64,000 nt of DNA from assembly GCA_965226375.1 (NCBI GenBank), contig CBDDCX010000008.1, forward strand, positions 800,001-864,000, in the 5' to 3' direction. Positions 8,728 to 17,421 of the stretch are shown piece by piece. Made by a program: the position numbers and the translations under genes. Each line of letters opens with the position of its first letter. Position 1 is the stretch's first letter. The notes under the pieces are model-generated. The model was not told the DNA's origin and made no database searches. It saw nothing but the letters and a program-made list of their open reading frames with translations. The stretch is from Longimicrobiales bacterium (lineage in GTDB: Bacteria > Gemmatimonadota > Gemmatimonadetes > Longimicrobiales > Gaopeijiaceae).

Positions 8728-10788
8728 ATGAGCGTAGAAGCGCTAAAAGAGCAGGCCCGGGGCCACGAACAGAACGAACAGTGGCAAAAGGCACTGGACC
8801 TGTATATCAAGGCCATGGACCGGATGTCCGAGGAGGACGTTCCGGACATCGGCCTGTATAACCGGGCCGGCGACCTGGCGACCCGGACAGGTGCTTCCAC
8901 TCAGGCTGTGAGCTTCTACGAGCGGGCCGTCGACTCCTACGTCGAGGCTGAGCTTCCCAACAACGCGATCGCCGTCTGTAAGAAGGTGATGCGTAACCTG
9001 CCGGATCGTTACTCCATCCACCTCAAGATCGGTCAGATACGCGCGGCTCAGGGTTTTATCACCGATGCTCGTGCGAGCTTTGTCACTTATGCGGAGCGCG
9101 TACAAGCCGATGGGGATATCGACGAGGCTTTCCGGGCCCTGATCGAGTTCGTGGACTTGGCACCCGACGACTACGAGATCCGTCAGCTCCTGGCCGCCCA
9201 GCTTGCCCAACATGAGCGTGTGACCGAGGCCGTCCAGCAACTGACCGGTGCTCACCACATCATGGTGGGGCAGGGAATGGTCGAAGAGGCCGCTCAGGTC
9301 GAGACCCAGATCCTGGAGTTGGACCCCGACGCGAGCCTCGGAGCCCCGCCTGCATCAGGCGTCGCCGCGGGCGGTGACGATGGTCTGGCGGAGCTGGACT
9401 TCGACGACGCGGGGGCCGATGAGACGGCTGCACCGGGTGAGATCGAGGGGGACTTCGCCGGACTCGAACTCGGGGATGGGGAGGATGACGGAACACCGCT
9501 CCCGACGTTCGACTTCGACGAGGTGGGCGATGCGGATCCGGGGATCGACGGCGAGGGCGAGCCCGAGGAGGTCGAGCAGGTCGAGGTCCAAGACGATCTG
9601 ACCGCAGATACGGGTGACCTGAGCCTCTCACTCGACGAAGAGGACGAGGATGAGGATGCGGGAGGGGCTCTTACCGACTTGCCCCTGATGTCCTTCGACG
9701 ACGAAGAGCCGGAGGCGACCGAGGCACCGGAGAAGGAGGTCGAGCTGGACGCGGCGGCCTTCGGTGAGGCGGACCATGGCGACAAGGAGGTCGCGGAGTA
9801 CGTCGAGGGTGCCGAGAAGATGCCGGCAGTCGAGGCGGGCCTCGAGGGACTCGACCAGGTCGAGGAATCCGACGCGGAAGAGGCCGTCGAGGCGGCAGTC
9901 GAAGAGTCGGTGGCCGATGCCAAAAAAGAGGAGGCCGCCGCGGAGCACGAGGCCCTTGCCGCAGAGGGAGATTTCCTGGGAGCCATCCAAGCGCTCTCGT
10001 CCGTCGTCGAGGCGGAACCGGACGAACAAGACCACCATCAACGTATGGTGGAATATGCGTTCCGCTCGAATGATTCGAGCGCCCTGGCAGAGGCCTACGT
10101 GGGTCTTGCCGAGTGCCTGCAACGGGCTGGTCAGGACCAGCGCGCCAAGGCCGTGTTCGAGCAGGCCCTGACGTCGGATCCTGCGAACGAGAGGGCCAAG
10201 GCGGGATTGGGTAAGCTCGGAGAAGAGGCGCCGGCCGAGGCGGCTCAGGAGGTCTCTTCGGCCGAGTCCTACGTGGATTTGGGCTCCATGCTTCTCGGGG
10301 ACGACAAGGAAGAGAAGTCGACCCGATTCGTAGTGGCTTACGAGGAGCCTACCGGAGACGAATCCGCGGACTTCCAGAAGATGCTCTCGCAGTTCCGGGA
10401 GAAGGTGTCCGAGAACATCGATGCCGACGACGTGACCGCTCATTATGATCTGGGCACGGCGTTCCGGGAGATGGGCCTTTTGGACGAGGCGATCGCCGAG
10501 TTCCAGCAGGCGCTCCGCGCGTCGGTCGATCACCTGCCCACGTACGAAATGCTCGGCCAGACCTTCCTCGAGAAGAATGAACCTGAGGCCGCCTTGCGAT
10601 CTCTGACCCGCGCCCTGAACGCGCCGTTCGAGATCGAAGACGAGCTCATGGGCATCTATTACTACCTGGGCCAATCCCACGAAGCGGTTGGGAACAGGGA
10701 CCAGGCGGTAGAGTTTTACGACAGAGTATTCTCCCTGGATATCAACTTCGCGGACGTCACGGAGCGGCTGCGGGCCCTCCGGGACTAG
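8728..10788 (+). CDS. TPR protein with long acidic low-complexity linker
   Basis: N-terminal TPRs, D/E-rich middle, C-terminal TPRs (HYDLGTAFREMGLLDEAIAEFQQAL). Confidence 0.85.
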   Translation: MSVEALKEQARGHEQNEQWQKALDLYIKAMDRMSEEDVPDIGLYNRAGDLATRTGASTQAVSFYERAVDSYVEAELPNNAIAVCKKVMRNLPDRYSIHLKIGQIRAAQGFITDARASFVTYAERVQADGDIDEAFRALIEFVDLAPDDYEIRQLLAAQLAQHERVTEAVQQLTGAHHIMVGQGMVEEAAQVETQILELDPDASLGAPPASGVAAGGDDGLAELDFDDAGADETAAPGEIEGDFAGLELGDGEDDGTPLPTFDFDEVGDADPGIDGEGEPEEVEQVEVQDDLTADTGDLSLSLDEEDEDEDAGGALTDLPLMSFDDEEPEATEAPEKEVELDAAAFGEADHGDKEVAEYVEGAEKMPAVEAGLEGLDQVEESDAEEAVEAAVEESVADAKKEEAAAEHEALAAEGDFLGAIQALSSVVEAEPDEQDHHQRMVEYAFRSNDSSALAEAYVGLAECLQRAGQDQRAKAVFEQALTSDPANERAKAGLGKLGEEAPAEAAQEVSSAESYVDLGSMLLGDDKEEKSTRFVVAYEEPTGDESADFQKMLSQFREKVSENIDADDVTAHYDLGTAFREMGLLDEAIAEFQQALRASVDHLPTYEMLGQTFLEKNEPEAALRSLTRALNAPFEIEDELMGIYYYLGQSHEAVGNRDQAVEFYDRVFSLDINFADVTERLRALRD

Positions 10789-10951
10789 TGGACTGTATCT
10801 GATGTTTGGTAGACACCGAGAGTGGCGAGGCGCCCGATCCGGCAAGGCAGGACGACGAGTAATAGCAGGGCTATTGCGAGGAGTCCTAACGAAGCCGGGC
10901 GGGATGCATCGCCGCTCGAATGTCATCACAACATCGGATACAGTCCACTAG
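10785..10951. mobile_element. MITE-like element B (167 bp, CTAG-ended 22-bp inverted repeats, foldback structure)
   Basis: ctagtggactgtatctgatgtt (10785-10806) vs aacatcggatacagtccactag (10930-10951), 1 mismatch; nested internal stems. Confidence 0.8.
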
Positions 10952-10993
10952 ACGGCGAGTTCTCCGATCGATGTTACTGTCGAACCTGGCCGT

Positions 10994-12007
10994 GTGCTGA
11001 TGGAGGCGGCTTCGAGCTCGGTATTGAGAGGGGCCCCCCCAAGCCTGTCGGCCATGCAGACCCTGGTGGGCGATCGTCTCGAGTCCGTGCAGGACGAACT
11101 GAAGCGGATCATCGTTTCGGACTTCGACATGATCAAGGAGGTCAACGAATACCTCCTGCTGATGAGGGGCAAGCTGTTCCGTCCCACACTTCTGTTGCTG
11201 GCCAACCAGGTCGGTGGCACCCCGTCGGACGATGCCGTTACATCGGCGGCTGTGGTGGAGCTGGTTCATCTCGCCACACTGGTCCATGACGACGCCGTTG
11301 ATCACAGCGTTCTCCGTCGAGGACTGCCGACCGTCAATGCTCTTTGGACCCATCAGATTGCGATCATCATGGGCGACTATCTATACAGTCGCTCGATCAT
11401 GGAGCTCACACGCCTCGGCAAGCTCGAGTCCTTGGCCGTGCTTGCCGAGGCCGCGAACGAGATGAGCGTTGGAGAAATGCGCCAGTTGACGTCCTACGAC
11501 GCTCTGGCCTTTAGCGAGGGCGACTATTACCGGCTCATCGCTGCCAAGACGGCATCGCTCATGTCGGCCGCCTGCCAGATGGGGGCGCTGGATGGGGCCC
11601 GCGAGTACAGCGAGCCGCTTTCCCGCTTCGGACATCACCTCGGCATGGCGTTTCAGATCGCCGACGACCTGTTGGACTATACGGGTTCCGAAGTGGTGAT
11701 GGGTAAGCCCGCGGGACACGACCTTCGGGAGCGTAAGGTCACGCTGCCGCTCGTGGGGGCCCTGGCCAACCTATCGAAGGCCGAAATGGCGGAAATTCGG
11801 GAGTTCTTCACGCTGGTCGAGGCCTCCGACGACGACATTGAGCGCGTCATCGACATCGTCGGTGACCGGGGGGGGATCCGGTACGCTCGAGATCAGGCGG
11901 ATCTCTATGCGGAGCGGGCGGAAAAGGAGCTCCACGACCTCCCGGACGATCCGGCCGTCGAGGCGCTGCGGAATGCCGTAGCGTACGCCGTCGGCCGCGA
12001 CCGCTAG
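10994..12007 (+). CDS. Polyprenyl diphosphate synthase (IspB/HepT family)
   Basis: GKLFRP, ELVHLATLVHDDAVD..LRRG (FARM), AFQIADDLLD (SARM). Confidence 0.93.
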   Translation: MLMEAASSSVLRGAPPSLSAMQTLVGDRLESVQDELKRIIVSDFDMIKEVNEYLLLMRGKLFRPTLLLLANQVGGTPSDDAVTSAAVVELVHLATLVHDDAVDHSVLRRGLPTVNALWTHQIAIIMGDYLYSRSIMELTRLGKLESLAVLAEAANEMSVGEMRQLTSYDALAFSEGDYYRLIAAKTASLMSAACQMGALDGAREYSEPLSRFGHHLGMAFQIADDLLDYTGSEVVMGKPAGHDLRERKVTLPLVGALANLSKAEMAEIREFFTLVEASDDDIERVIDIVGDRGGIRYARDQADLYAERAEKELHDLPDDPAVEALRNAVAYAVGRDR

Positions 12008-12074
12008 CTCCGGAGCTGCCTTCTGACCTCTGTGATCCAAAGCAAAATGGGAACCAGACGCGCCGGCGAACCGT

Positions 12075-12353
12075 ATGTTACTTGACACGCACCGGCGAAA
12101 CGTCAAGCGTTTGGCTTGGACTCAGGTGCTCGGGCTGCTGTTGGGAGGACTGCTCACCCAGTTATCGGCGCTGTTTCTTCCGCAGAGCGCGGCCAAGTCG
12201 TTTCTCACTACTGCGGTAGAAGCGTCCATCGGGCCTTTGTCCATCGATCTGGTCGCTGTCGCATTCGTGATCGGGCCCCTAACATTGAGCTTGAACGTCT
12301 TGACGCTCGTAGGCATTTCGATCGTGGCATTTATCGTCCGATCCTGGATCTGA
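12075..12353 (+). CDS. Small membrane protein, DUF4321-like
   Basis: 92 aa, hydrophobic, IGPLSIDL..LSLNVLTLVG pattern. Confidence 0.6.
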   Translation: MLLDTHRRNVKRLAWTQVLGLLLGGLLTQLSALFLPQSAAKSFLTTAVEASIGPLSIDLVAVAFVIGPLTLSLNVLTLVGISIVAFIVRSWI

Positions 12354-12389
12354 AGCAAGGTCGGGACGGGCCTCTAACGGAGGTATATC

Positions 12390-12710
12390 ATGGGACTCGG
12401 CGGACTCGGCATGTGGGAGATGATGCTCATCTTCCTGGTCGTCCTCCTCCTTTTCGGAGCCAAGCGGCTTCCGGAGATCGGATCCTCCCTGGGGAAGGGC
12501 ATTCGTGAGTTCAAGGGCTCGATTCGAGAAATCGAACGCGAGGTCCAGGCTGCGCCCGAACCACGGGAATCGGTGGCGTCGTCGTCCACATCGACGGACG
12601 ACGTGGACCAGGAGCTGGACCAGGAGCCCAGAACGCTGACCACGTCGCCCGACGTCGGTCAGGACACCACGTCGCCCGACGTCGGTCAGGACGAAGAGGA
12701 CGGCGCCTAG
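12390..12710 (+). CDS. tatA: Twin-arginine translocase subunit TatA
   Basis: SD GGAGG; LLLFGAKRLPEIGSSLGKGIREFK. Confidence 0.93.
   Translation: MGLGGLGMWEMMLIFLVVLLLFGAKRLPEIGSSLGKGIREFKGSIREIEREVQAAPEPRESVASSSTSTDDVDQELDQEPRTLTTSPDVGQDTTSPDVGQDEEDGA
12639..12692 (+). repeat. Perfect 27-bp tandem duplication in tatA tail (TTSPDVGQD x2)
   Basis: accacgtcgcccgacgtcggtcaggac at 12639-12665 and 12666-12692. Confidence 0.95.
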
Positions 12711-12727
12711 GAGCTTTCTTGGCCCCG

Positions 12728-14551
12728 CTAGAAGATCGGCGGAATCAGGGGCTGATCGGCCGGATCGACGTTCAGGACCTCATCGCGTCGGTCGATAATG
12801 CGAGCCGCGGCTCGCAATCCCTGGAGCCACTCCTGAAGGCGCGTCTGTTGAACATTGGCGACCATCAGTGAGCGTTGTGCGACGCGACCTTCCTCGAAGA
12901 GCGTGGTGTCGGCCGCCATGTAGTCGACTAGCTCCAGAATGAACGCGTTGTTGTTGGCTTCCACCACGTTGCTGACCTGGCCCTGGTAAAGGCCGAACCC
13001 GGCACCCACCGCAGCGTTCAACCGGCCGAGACCGGGAACGAAGTCCATGCGTCCGTATGGGCCGGCGTCACGGATCTCAAGGCCGCGACTTTCCGCTGCG
13101 ACGTCCAAGGTGGTGCCACCGCGAATATCGTCTACGATCTCTTCACCTTCGGCCTTGGCCATCTCCAGCTTCTTGCGGTTACGGACCTCTTGTTCGATGG
13201 AGGTCGTAGCGTCCTGGAGCGAGATGAAACCCGCGTCGCGAGTCTCCGTGAGCTCGAGCATGTAGAATGCCTGCCTGGTCTCGAATACCGGACTCACGTC
13301 TCCCGGCAGGGCCTCTTCGAACGCCCAGTCCGCCCCCTCACCCACCTGACCGGCCCCCACGACGAACGCGAACTCCGGGCTCAGTGTGGCGGTCCCACCC
13401 TGAAGTCCCAGCATGCGGGCCGCTTCATCCAGCGTGCGGGACTCGCCGAGGCTCTCGAGTGAATCCGCGAGCGTCAGGATCTGCAGCTCAGAGTTGTCCG
13501 TACGCTCGAACGGGATCAGGATGTGGCGGGCTTGGATGCTGTCGCCTGACTTGTCTTGCACCTCGATGAGGTGGTAGCCGAACGACGTTCTGACCGGCTC
13601 GGTAATTTCCCCCTTGGCGGTGGTGAAGGCTGCTGCGGAGAACTCGGGGACCATTCGCTCCTCGGTAAACCACCCGAGGTCGCCCGACCCGGTGGAGATC
13701 CGCGGTCTTCCCAGGATCTCCTCGAAGTCGACTCCGTCCCGCATCTCCTGCCGGAGCTCGGCCGCCATCTCTCCGGCCGCCACGGTGTCGGCTGGCGTCG
13801 GAGCCTTGTCGAGGACCACGACCTTGACCGAAGCCTGGGCCGGAACAGCGAACTCGTCGCGGTTCCTGTCGTAGTAGTCCGCAACGTCCTCTGCAGTCAC
13901 GGCAACGACGGAATCTGCGATGCGCTGCGTCGGGTTGAGCGGAACGAAACGGACAGAGATCTGCTCATTGCGGTCCTTGTAGTCCTGCCAGAGCGCGGCG
14001 TCCGGGATATAGACATCCGAAGAGACCTGTCGGAGAAGCTTGCCCCGCGGGATGATCTCCCGGTAATAGGCCTCGAGCTGGAGCAGAACCTGGTCGTCGA
14101 TCGCGGGCGAGGAGATGTAGTCCTGATACTTCTGGATGTCGAAGACACCGTCGGTCTGGAACGCAGGGCTCGAACGGAGCTCGCCCGGTGGACTGAAGCG
14201 GGCTGCACTACGGACCTCGTCGTCCGTGACTTCGATGCCACGCCTCCTCAACTCCTGCCGTATCAGGACCTGATTTACCACCTCGTCCCAGGCAGCGTCT
14301 TCGATGTCGCTGATCTGCTGGCTGGTGACCGCATCCTCTTGCGAGTCCTGGACCTGATCCATGAGCCGGCTGTACGTGAAGTTGTACTCCTCATAGCTGA
14401 CGGCAACGCCGTTCACGCTGCCGATCTCGCCCACAGACAGTCCACTTCTTCCCGTGATGTCCATGCCCCACTGGAACACCATGAGACCCACGAAAGCGAA
14501 TGCTGTGATCAGCATGATCCACTTCGTGTTCTCCCTCATCTGACGCATCAT
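12728..14551 (-). CDS. PpiD/SurA-family periplasmic chaperone (peptidyl-prolyl isomerase)
   Basis: N-terminal TM (MRENTKWIMLITAFAFVGLMVFQWG), SurA-N domain, rotamase GDLGWF..MVPEF..PVRTSFGYHLI. Confidence 0.9.
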   Translation of the reverse strand: MMRQMRENTKWIMLITAFAFVGLMVFQWGMDITGRSGLSVGEIGSVNGVAVSYEEYNFTYSRLMDQVQDSQEDAVTSQQISDIEDAAWDEVVNQVLIRQELRRRGIEVTDDEVRSAARFSPPGELRSSPAFQTDGVFDIQKYQDYISSPAIDDQVLLQLEAYYREIIPRGKLLRQVSSDVYIPDAALWQDYKDRNEQISVRFVPLNPTQRIADSVVAVTAEDVADYYDRNRDEFAVPAQASVKVVVLDKAPTPADTVAAGEMAAELRQEMRDGVDFEEILGRPRISTGSGDLGWFTEERMVPEFSAAAFTTAKGEITEPVRTSFGYHLIEVQDKSGDSIQARHILIPFERTDNSELQILTLADSLESLGESRTLDEAARMLGLQGGTATLSPEFAFVVGAGQVGEGADWAFEEALPGDVSPVFETRQAFYMLELTETRDAGFISLQDATTSIEQEVRNRKKLEMAKAEGEEIVDDIRGGTTLDVAAESRGLEIRDAGPYGRMDFVPGLGRLNAAVGAGFGLYQGQVSNVVEANNNAFILELVDYMAADTTLFEEGRVAQRSLMVANVQQTRLQEWLQGLRAAARIIDRRDEVLNVDPADQPLIPPIF

Positions 14552-14660
14552 ATCCCGGCTACTCCTCGGCGTGGCGCGGCGGTCGACATATTCGTCCCTT
14601 CTCATACGCAAAAGACCTTCAAAAGTAACGGCACCCCCCAGGGGCCCTCAACTCCCTTCG

Positions 14661-14690
14661 TTGACACGTTTTTGGCGGAATCAGTATCTT
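14661..14690 (+). promoter_or_regulatory. Candidate sigma-70 promoter for the TPR-aroQ-efp-acc operon
   Basis: TTGACA-N18-TATCTT in the divergent intergenic region. Confidence 0.45.
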
Positions 14691-14785
14691 CCCCCGTCCA
14701 CTGGTCCCCCGGCTCGGCCTTGCAGTCAACCCAGTTCTGGCGGTCGATCGGAAAATGCTCCAACAGACCTCGATGGGAGCAAGCT

Positions 14786-15811
14786 GTGCCCGAAGCGTTG
14801 AACCAGCAGATCGACCGGCTCCAGGAGATCTTTCTCTCGGATCGGGATCCCACCGGTCGTGCCTTCGTGCCCCTGGCCGATGCTCACCGTCGGGTGGGAG
14901 AGTTGGATCGGGCTCTCGAGGTGCTTCAAGAAGGATTGGGCGCGCATCCCGAATCCGCCTCGGGCCACGTAGTGGCGGGGTGGCTGCACCGGGATCGGGG
15001 TGAGGACGATAAAGCGATCCAGGCGTTTGAGCGGGTCCTGGAGCTCGACGACGAGAACGGAACAGCGCTGCGCTCCCTAGCCGAGCTGATGGATCCGAGT
15101 CAGGGATTGTCCTACGCCGAGAGGTCGGTCGAGCTGGAGCCTGATGATGCCCAGGCGATGGCTACGCTCGAAGACCTGAAAGCCACCTTGGCCGCATCGG
15201 CAGAGGCAGAGGTGGAAGCAGACGCGGAGGCGGTGGTCGTCGACGAGCCGGTGGTCGAAGAGACGCCCCCTGTCGAAGAGACGCCCCTTGTCGAGGAGAC
15301 GCCCCTCGAGGCAGTTCCGATCGAGGACCTGGCTCCGGAAGAGGCCGCGCCCCCGGTCGAAGAACCCCAGGCCGATGCCGAGGCGGTGGCCGAGGGTGAC
15401 GGGGAGATCTACACCCAGACGCTGGCGGAGCTGTACGCGAAGCAGGGCGCCGTCGACAAAGCGGTAGAGGTCTACCGGAAGCTCCTGGAGGATGATCCCG
15501 ACAACGGGATGTTCCTCCACCGCGTGGCCGAGTTGAGCAAGAGCGTAGGCGTCGACCCCGCCACCACCGATGACCGGCCCGTGGTGCCCGTCGAGTCTCT
15601 GGTGCCGGACCCCGAGCCCGTGGTGCCCGTCGAGTCTCTCGCGCCGGCCCCGGAGCCCGTGGTCGTGGATCATCGGCCGGTCGTTCCCATCGAGTCGCTG
15701 GCCCCCTCGCATATCGATGATCGACAGGTGGTTCCGATCGAATCCCTCGCTCCCGACGGCTCGTCCGACGGTCAGGACGACGACCCATTCCCGTGGATGA
15801 ACAAACTCTGA
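14786..15811 (+). CDS. TPR protein with acidic linker and repeated V(V)PxESLAP motifs
   Basis: GTG start after GGGAG; FVPLADAHRRVGELDRALEVL, IYTQTLAELYAKQG TPR motifs. Confidence 0.8.
   Translation: MPEALNQQIDRLQEIFLSDRDPTGRAFVPLADAHRRVGELDRALEVLQEGLGAHPESASGHVVAGWLHRDRGEDDKAIQAFERVLELDDENGTALRSLAELMDPSQGLSYAERSVELEPDDAQAMATLEDLKATLAASAEAEVEADAEAVVVDEPVVEETPPVEETPLVEETPLEAVPIEDLAPEEAAPPVEEPQADAEAVAEGDGEIYTQTLAELYAKQGAVDKAVEVYRKLLEDDPDNGMFLHRVAELSKSVGVDPATTDDRPVVPVESLVPDPEPVVPVESLAPAPEPVVVDHRPVVPIESLAPSHIDDRQVVPIESLAPDGSSDGQDDDPFPWMNKL
15254..15307 (+). repeat. Three tandem 18-bp repeats (VEETPP/VEETPL/VEETPL)
   Basis: gtcgaagagacgccccct, gtcgaagagacgcccctt, gtcgaggagacgcccctc. Confidence 0.9.
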
Positions 15812-16248
15812 TGCGGATCGCGATCATACACGGGCCCAACCTGCGCCTTCTCGGGCGGAGAGAGCCCGACATCTACGGCACGGAGACCCTGGACGACATC
15901 AATGGCGCGATCGAAGCCCTCGGCGAGGAGCTGGGCGCACAGATAGAGTCCTTCCAGTCCAACTCCGAGGGCGACATTCTCGACTTTCTCGAAGAGGCCA
16001 GCGCTCGGGTCGACGGGTTTTTGGTCAACGCGGGCGGGCTGACACACACGAGTGTGGCGTTACGCGACGGACTCGTGGGGTCGGGAAGGCCCTTCGTTGA
16101 GGTGCACCTCTCCAACACGGCTGGTCGAGAGCGATTCCGCCGTCATTCGTTCCTTGCGCCCGTGGCCGCGGGGGTGGTTCTTGGTTTCGGGTCCCAGAGC
16201 TATCTTCTAGCGCTCAGGGGCCTGGTGGCCCACATCGCCGGCCGGTAG
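15811..16248 (+). CDS. aroQ: Type II 3-dehydroquinate dehydratase
   Basis: HGPNLRLLGRREPDIYG, FQSNSEG, THTSVALRD, EVHLSN. Confidence 0.96.
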   Translation: MRIAIIHGPNLRLLGRREPDIYGTETLDDINGAIEALGEELGAQIESFQSNSEGDILDFLEEASARVDGFLVNAGGLTHTSVALRDGLVGSGRPFVEVHLSNTAGRERFRRHSFLAPVAAGVVLGFGSQSYLLALRGLVAHIAGR

Positions 16249-16281
16249 TGCCGGCGGATCTTCAACGACTGACAAGGCGTA

Positions 16282-16845
16282 ATGGCTTCCACCGCTGACT
16301 TTCGCAACGGCCTGGTTTTGGATATCGACGGGCAACTCTGGACGATCGTCTATTTCCAACATGTTAAGCCCGGCAAGGGCGGAGCGTTCGTGAGAACCAA
16401 GCTCAAGAACGTCCTGAGCGGCAACGTGGTGGACAGGACCTATCGGGCTGGAGAGAAGGTGACCGATGTTCGCCTCGAGCGTCGTCCGGTGACGTACAGC
16501 TACAGCGACGGACAGCTCTACCACTTCATGGATCAACAGACGTACGAGATGACTCCCATTTCGGGGGACCTTCTGGGAGAGGAACAGCTCAGGTACCTGA
16601 AGGAGAACATGGAGTGCGAGGGCCTGGTCCACGACGGCAACGTGATCAGCGTGGAACTCCCTCAGTTCGTCGAGTTGACCGTGACCCAGACCGACCCCGG
16701 GCTTCGCGGTGACACGGCGCAGGGCGGTACCAAGCCCGCGACGCTCGAGACCGGCGCGGTGATTCAGGTCCCGCTCTTTGTCGAAGAGGGAGACGTGCTC
16801 AAGGTCGACCGGCGCGAAGACAAGTATCTGACACGGGTCACCTGA
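16282..16845 (+). CDS. efp: Elongation factor P
   Basis: [37 protein letters not shown]. Confidence 0.97.
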   Translation: MASTADFRNGLVLDIDGQLWTIVYFQHVKPGKGGAFVRTKLKNVLSGNVVDRTYRAGEKVTDVRLERRPVTYSYSDGQLYHFMDQQTYEMTPISGDLLGEEQLRYLKENMECEGLVHDGNVISVELPQFVELTVTQTDPGLRGDTAQGGTKPATLETGAVIQVPLFVEEGDVLKVDRREDKYLTRVT

Positions 16846-17327
16846 TGATCGATCTTGATTTTCTGCGTAGCCTCATCGAGGCGATCGACGCGAGCGGTCT
16901 CGACTCCATCGAGATTGAGCGAGGTGGCACGCGCATCAAGTTGGGTAAGACACCCGCAGCGCCTGTCGCCGCGGCCGTCGCCACGCCCGTGATTCACCAC
17001 GCTCCGGTAGCGGAGCAGGCGGCTCCGATGGCATCCGCTCCGGTCGCCGCCGAGGGTCAGGCCGGGGCTGCGACGACGGCGTCGGACTTGATCGAGGTCA
17101 AGTCGCCTATGGTGGGCACGTTCTACTGCGCTCCGGCTCCGGACGCCCCGTCCTACGCAGAGGTGGGTGCTCGCGTGAGTCCCGGCGACACGCTCTGCAT
17201 GATCGAGGCGATGAAGCTGATGAACGAGCTCGAGTCCGAGGTGTCCGGGGTGATCCAGGAGATTTGCGTTGCGAATGCGGATCCCGTGGAGTTCGGCCAG
17301 GTGCTGTTCCGCCTCTCACCCTCGTGA
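16845..17327 (+). CDS. accB: Acetyl-CoA carboxylase biotin carboxyl carrier protein
   Basis: SPMVGTFY, IEAMKLMNE biotinylation motif. Confidence 0.96.
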   Translation: MIDLDFLRSLIEAIDASGLDSIEIERGGTRIKLGKTPAAPVAAAVATPVIHHAPVAEQAAPMASAPVAAEGQAGAATTASDLIEVKSPMVGTFYCAPAPDAPSYAEVGARVSPGDTLCMIEAMKLMNELESEVSGVIQEICVANADPVEFGQVLFRLSPS

Positions 17328-17359
17328 GCCGGGCTTCTCAACTCAGCGCCAGGGTCATT

Positions 17360-17420
17360 TGGACCCTCGGCGCTCCTAACGCGACCCGCTGTACTTCTTC
17401 AACAGCCTTCTAGAGGTCTG
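17360..17420 (+). repeat. Orphan right end of MITE A followed by the first 10 nt of a left end
   Basis: 17360-17412 matches 2802-2854 at 48/53; tagaggtctg (17411-17420) equals 2558-2567. Confidence 0.85.
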
Positions 17421-17421
17421 A

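Noticed and set aside
9260..10929. Long antisense and alternate-frame ORFs here and throughout the window
   Set aside because: Expected in high-GC DNA opposite real genes; no motifs or independent signals
13556..14785. 5' half of the 751-aa + strand ORF
   Set aside because: Antisense shadow of the ppiD-like gene; the real TPR gene begins at GTG 14786
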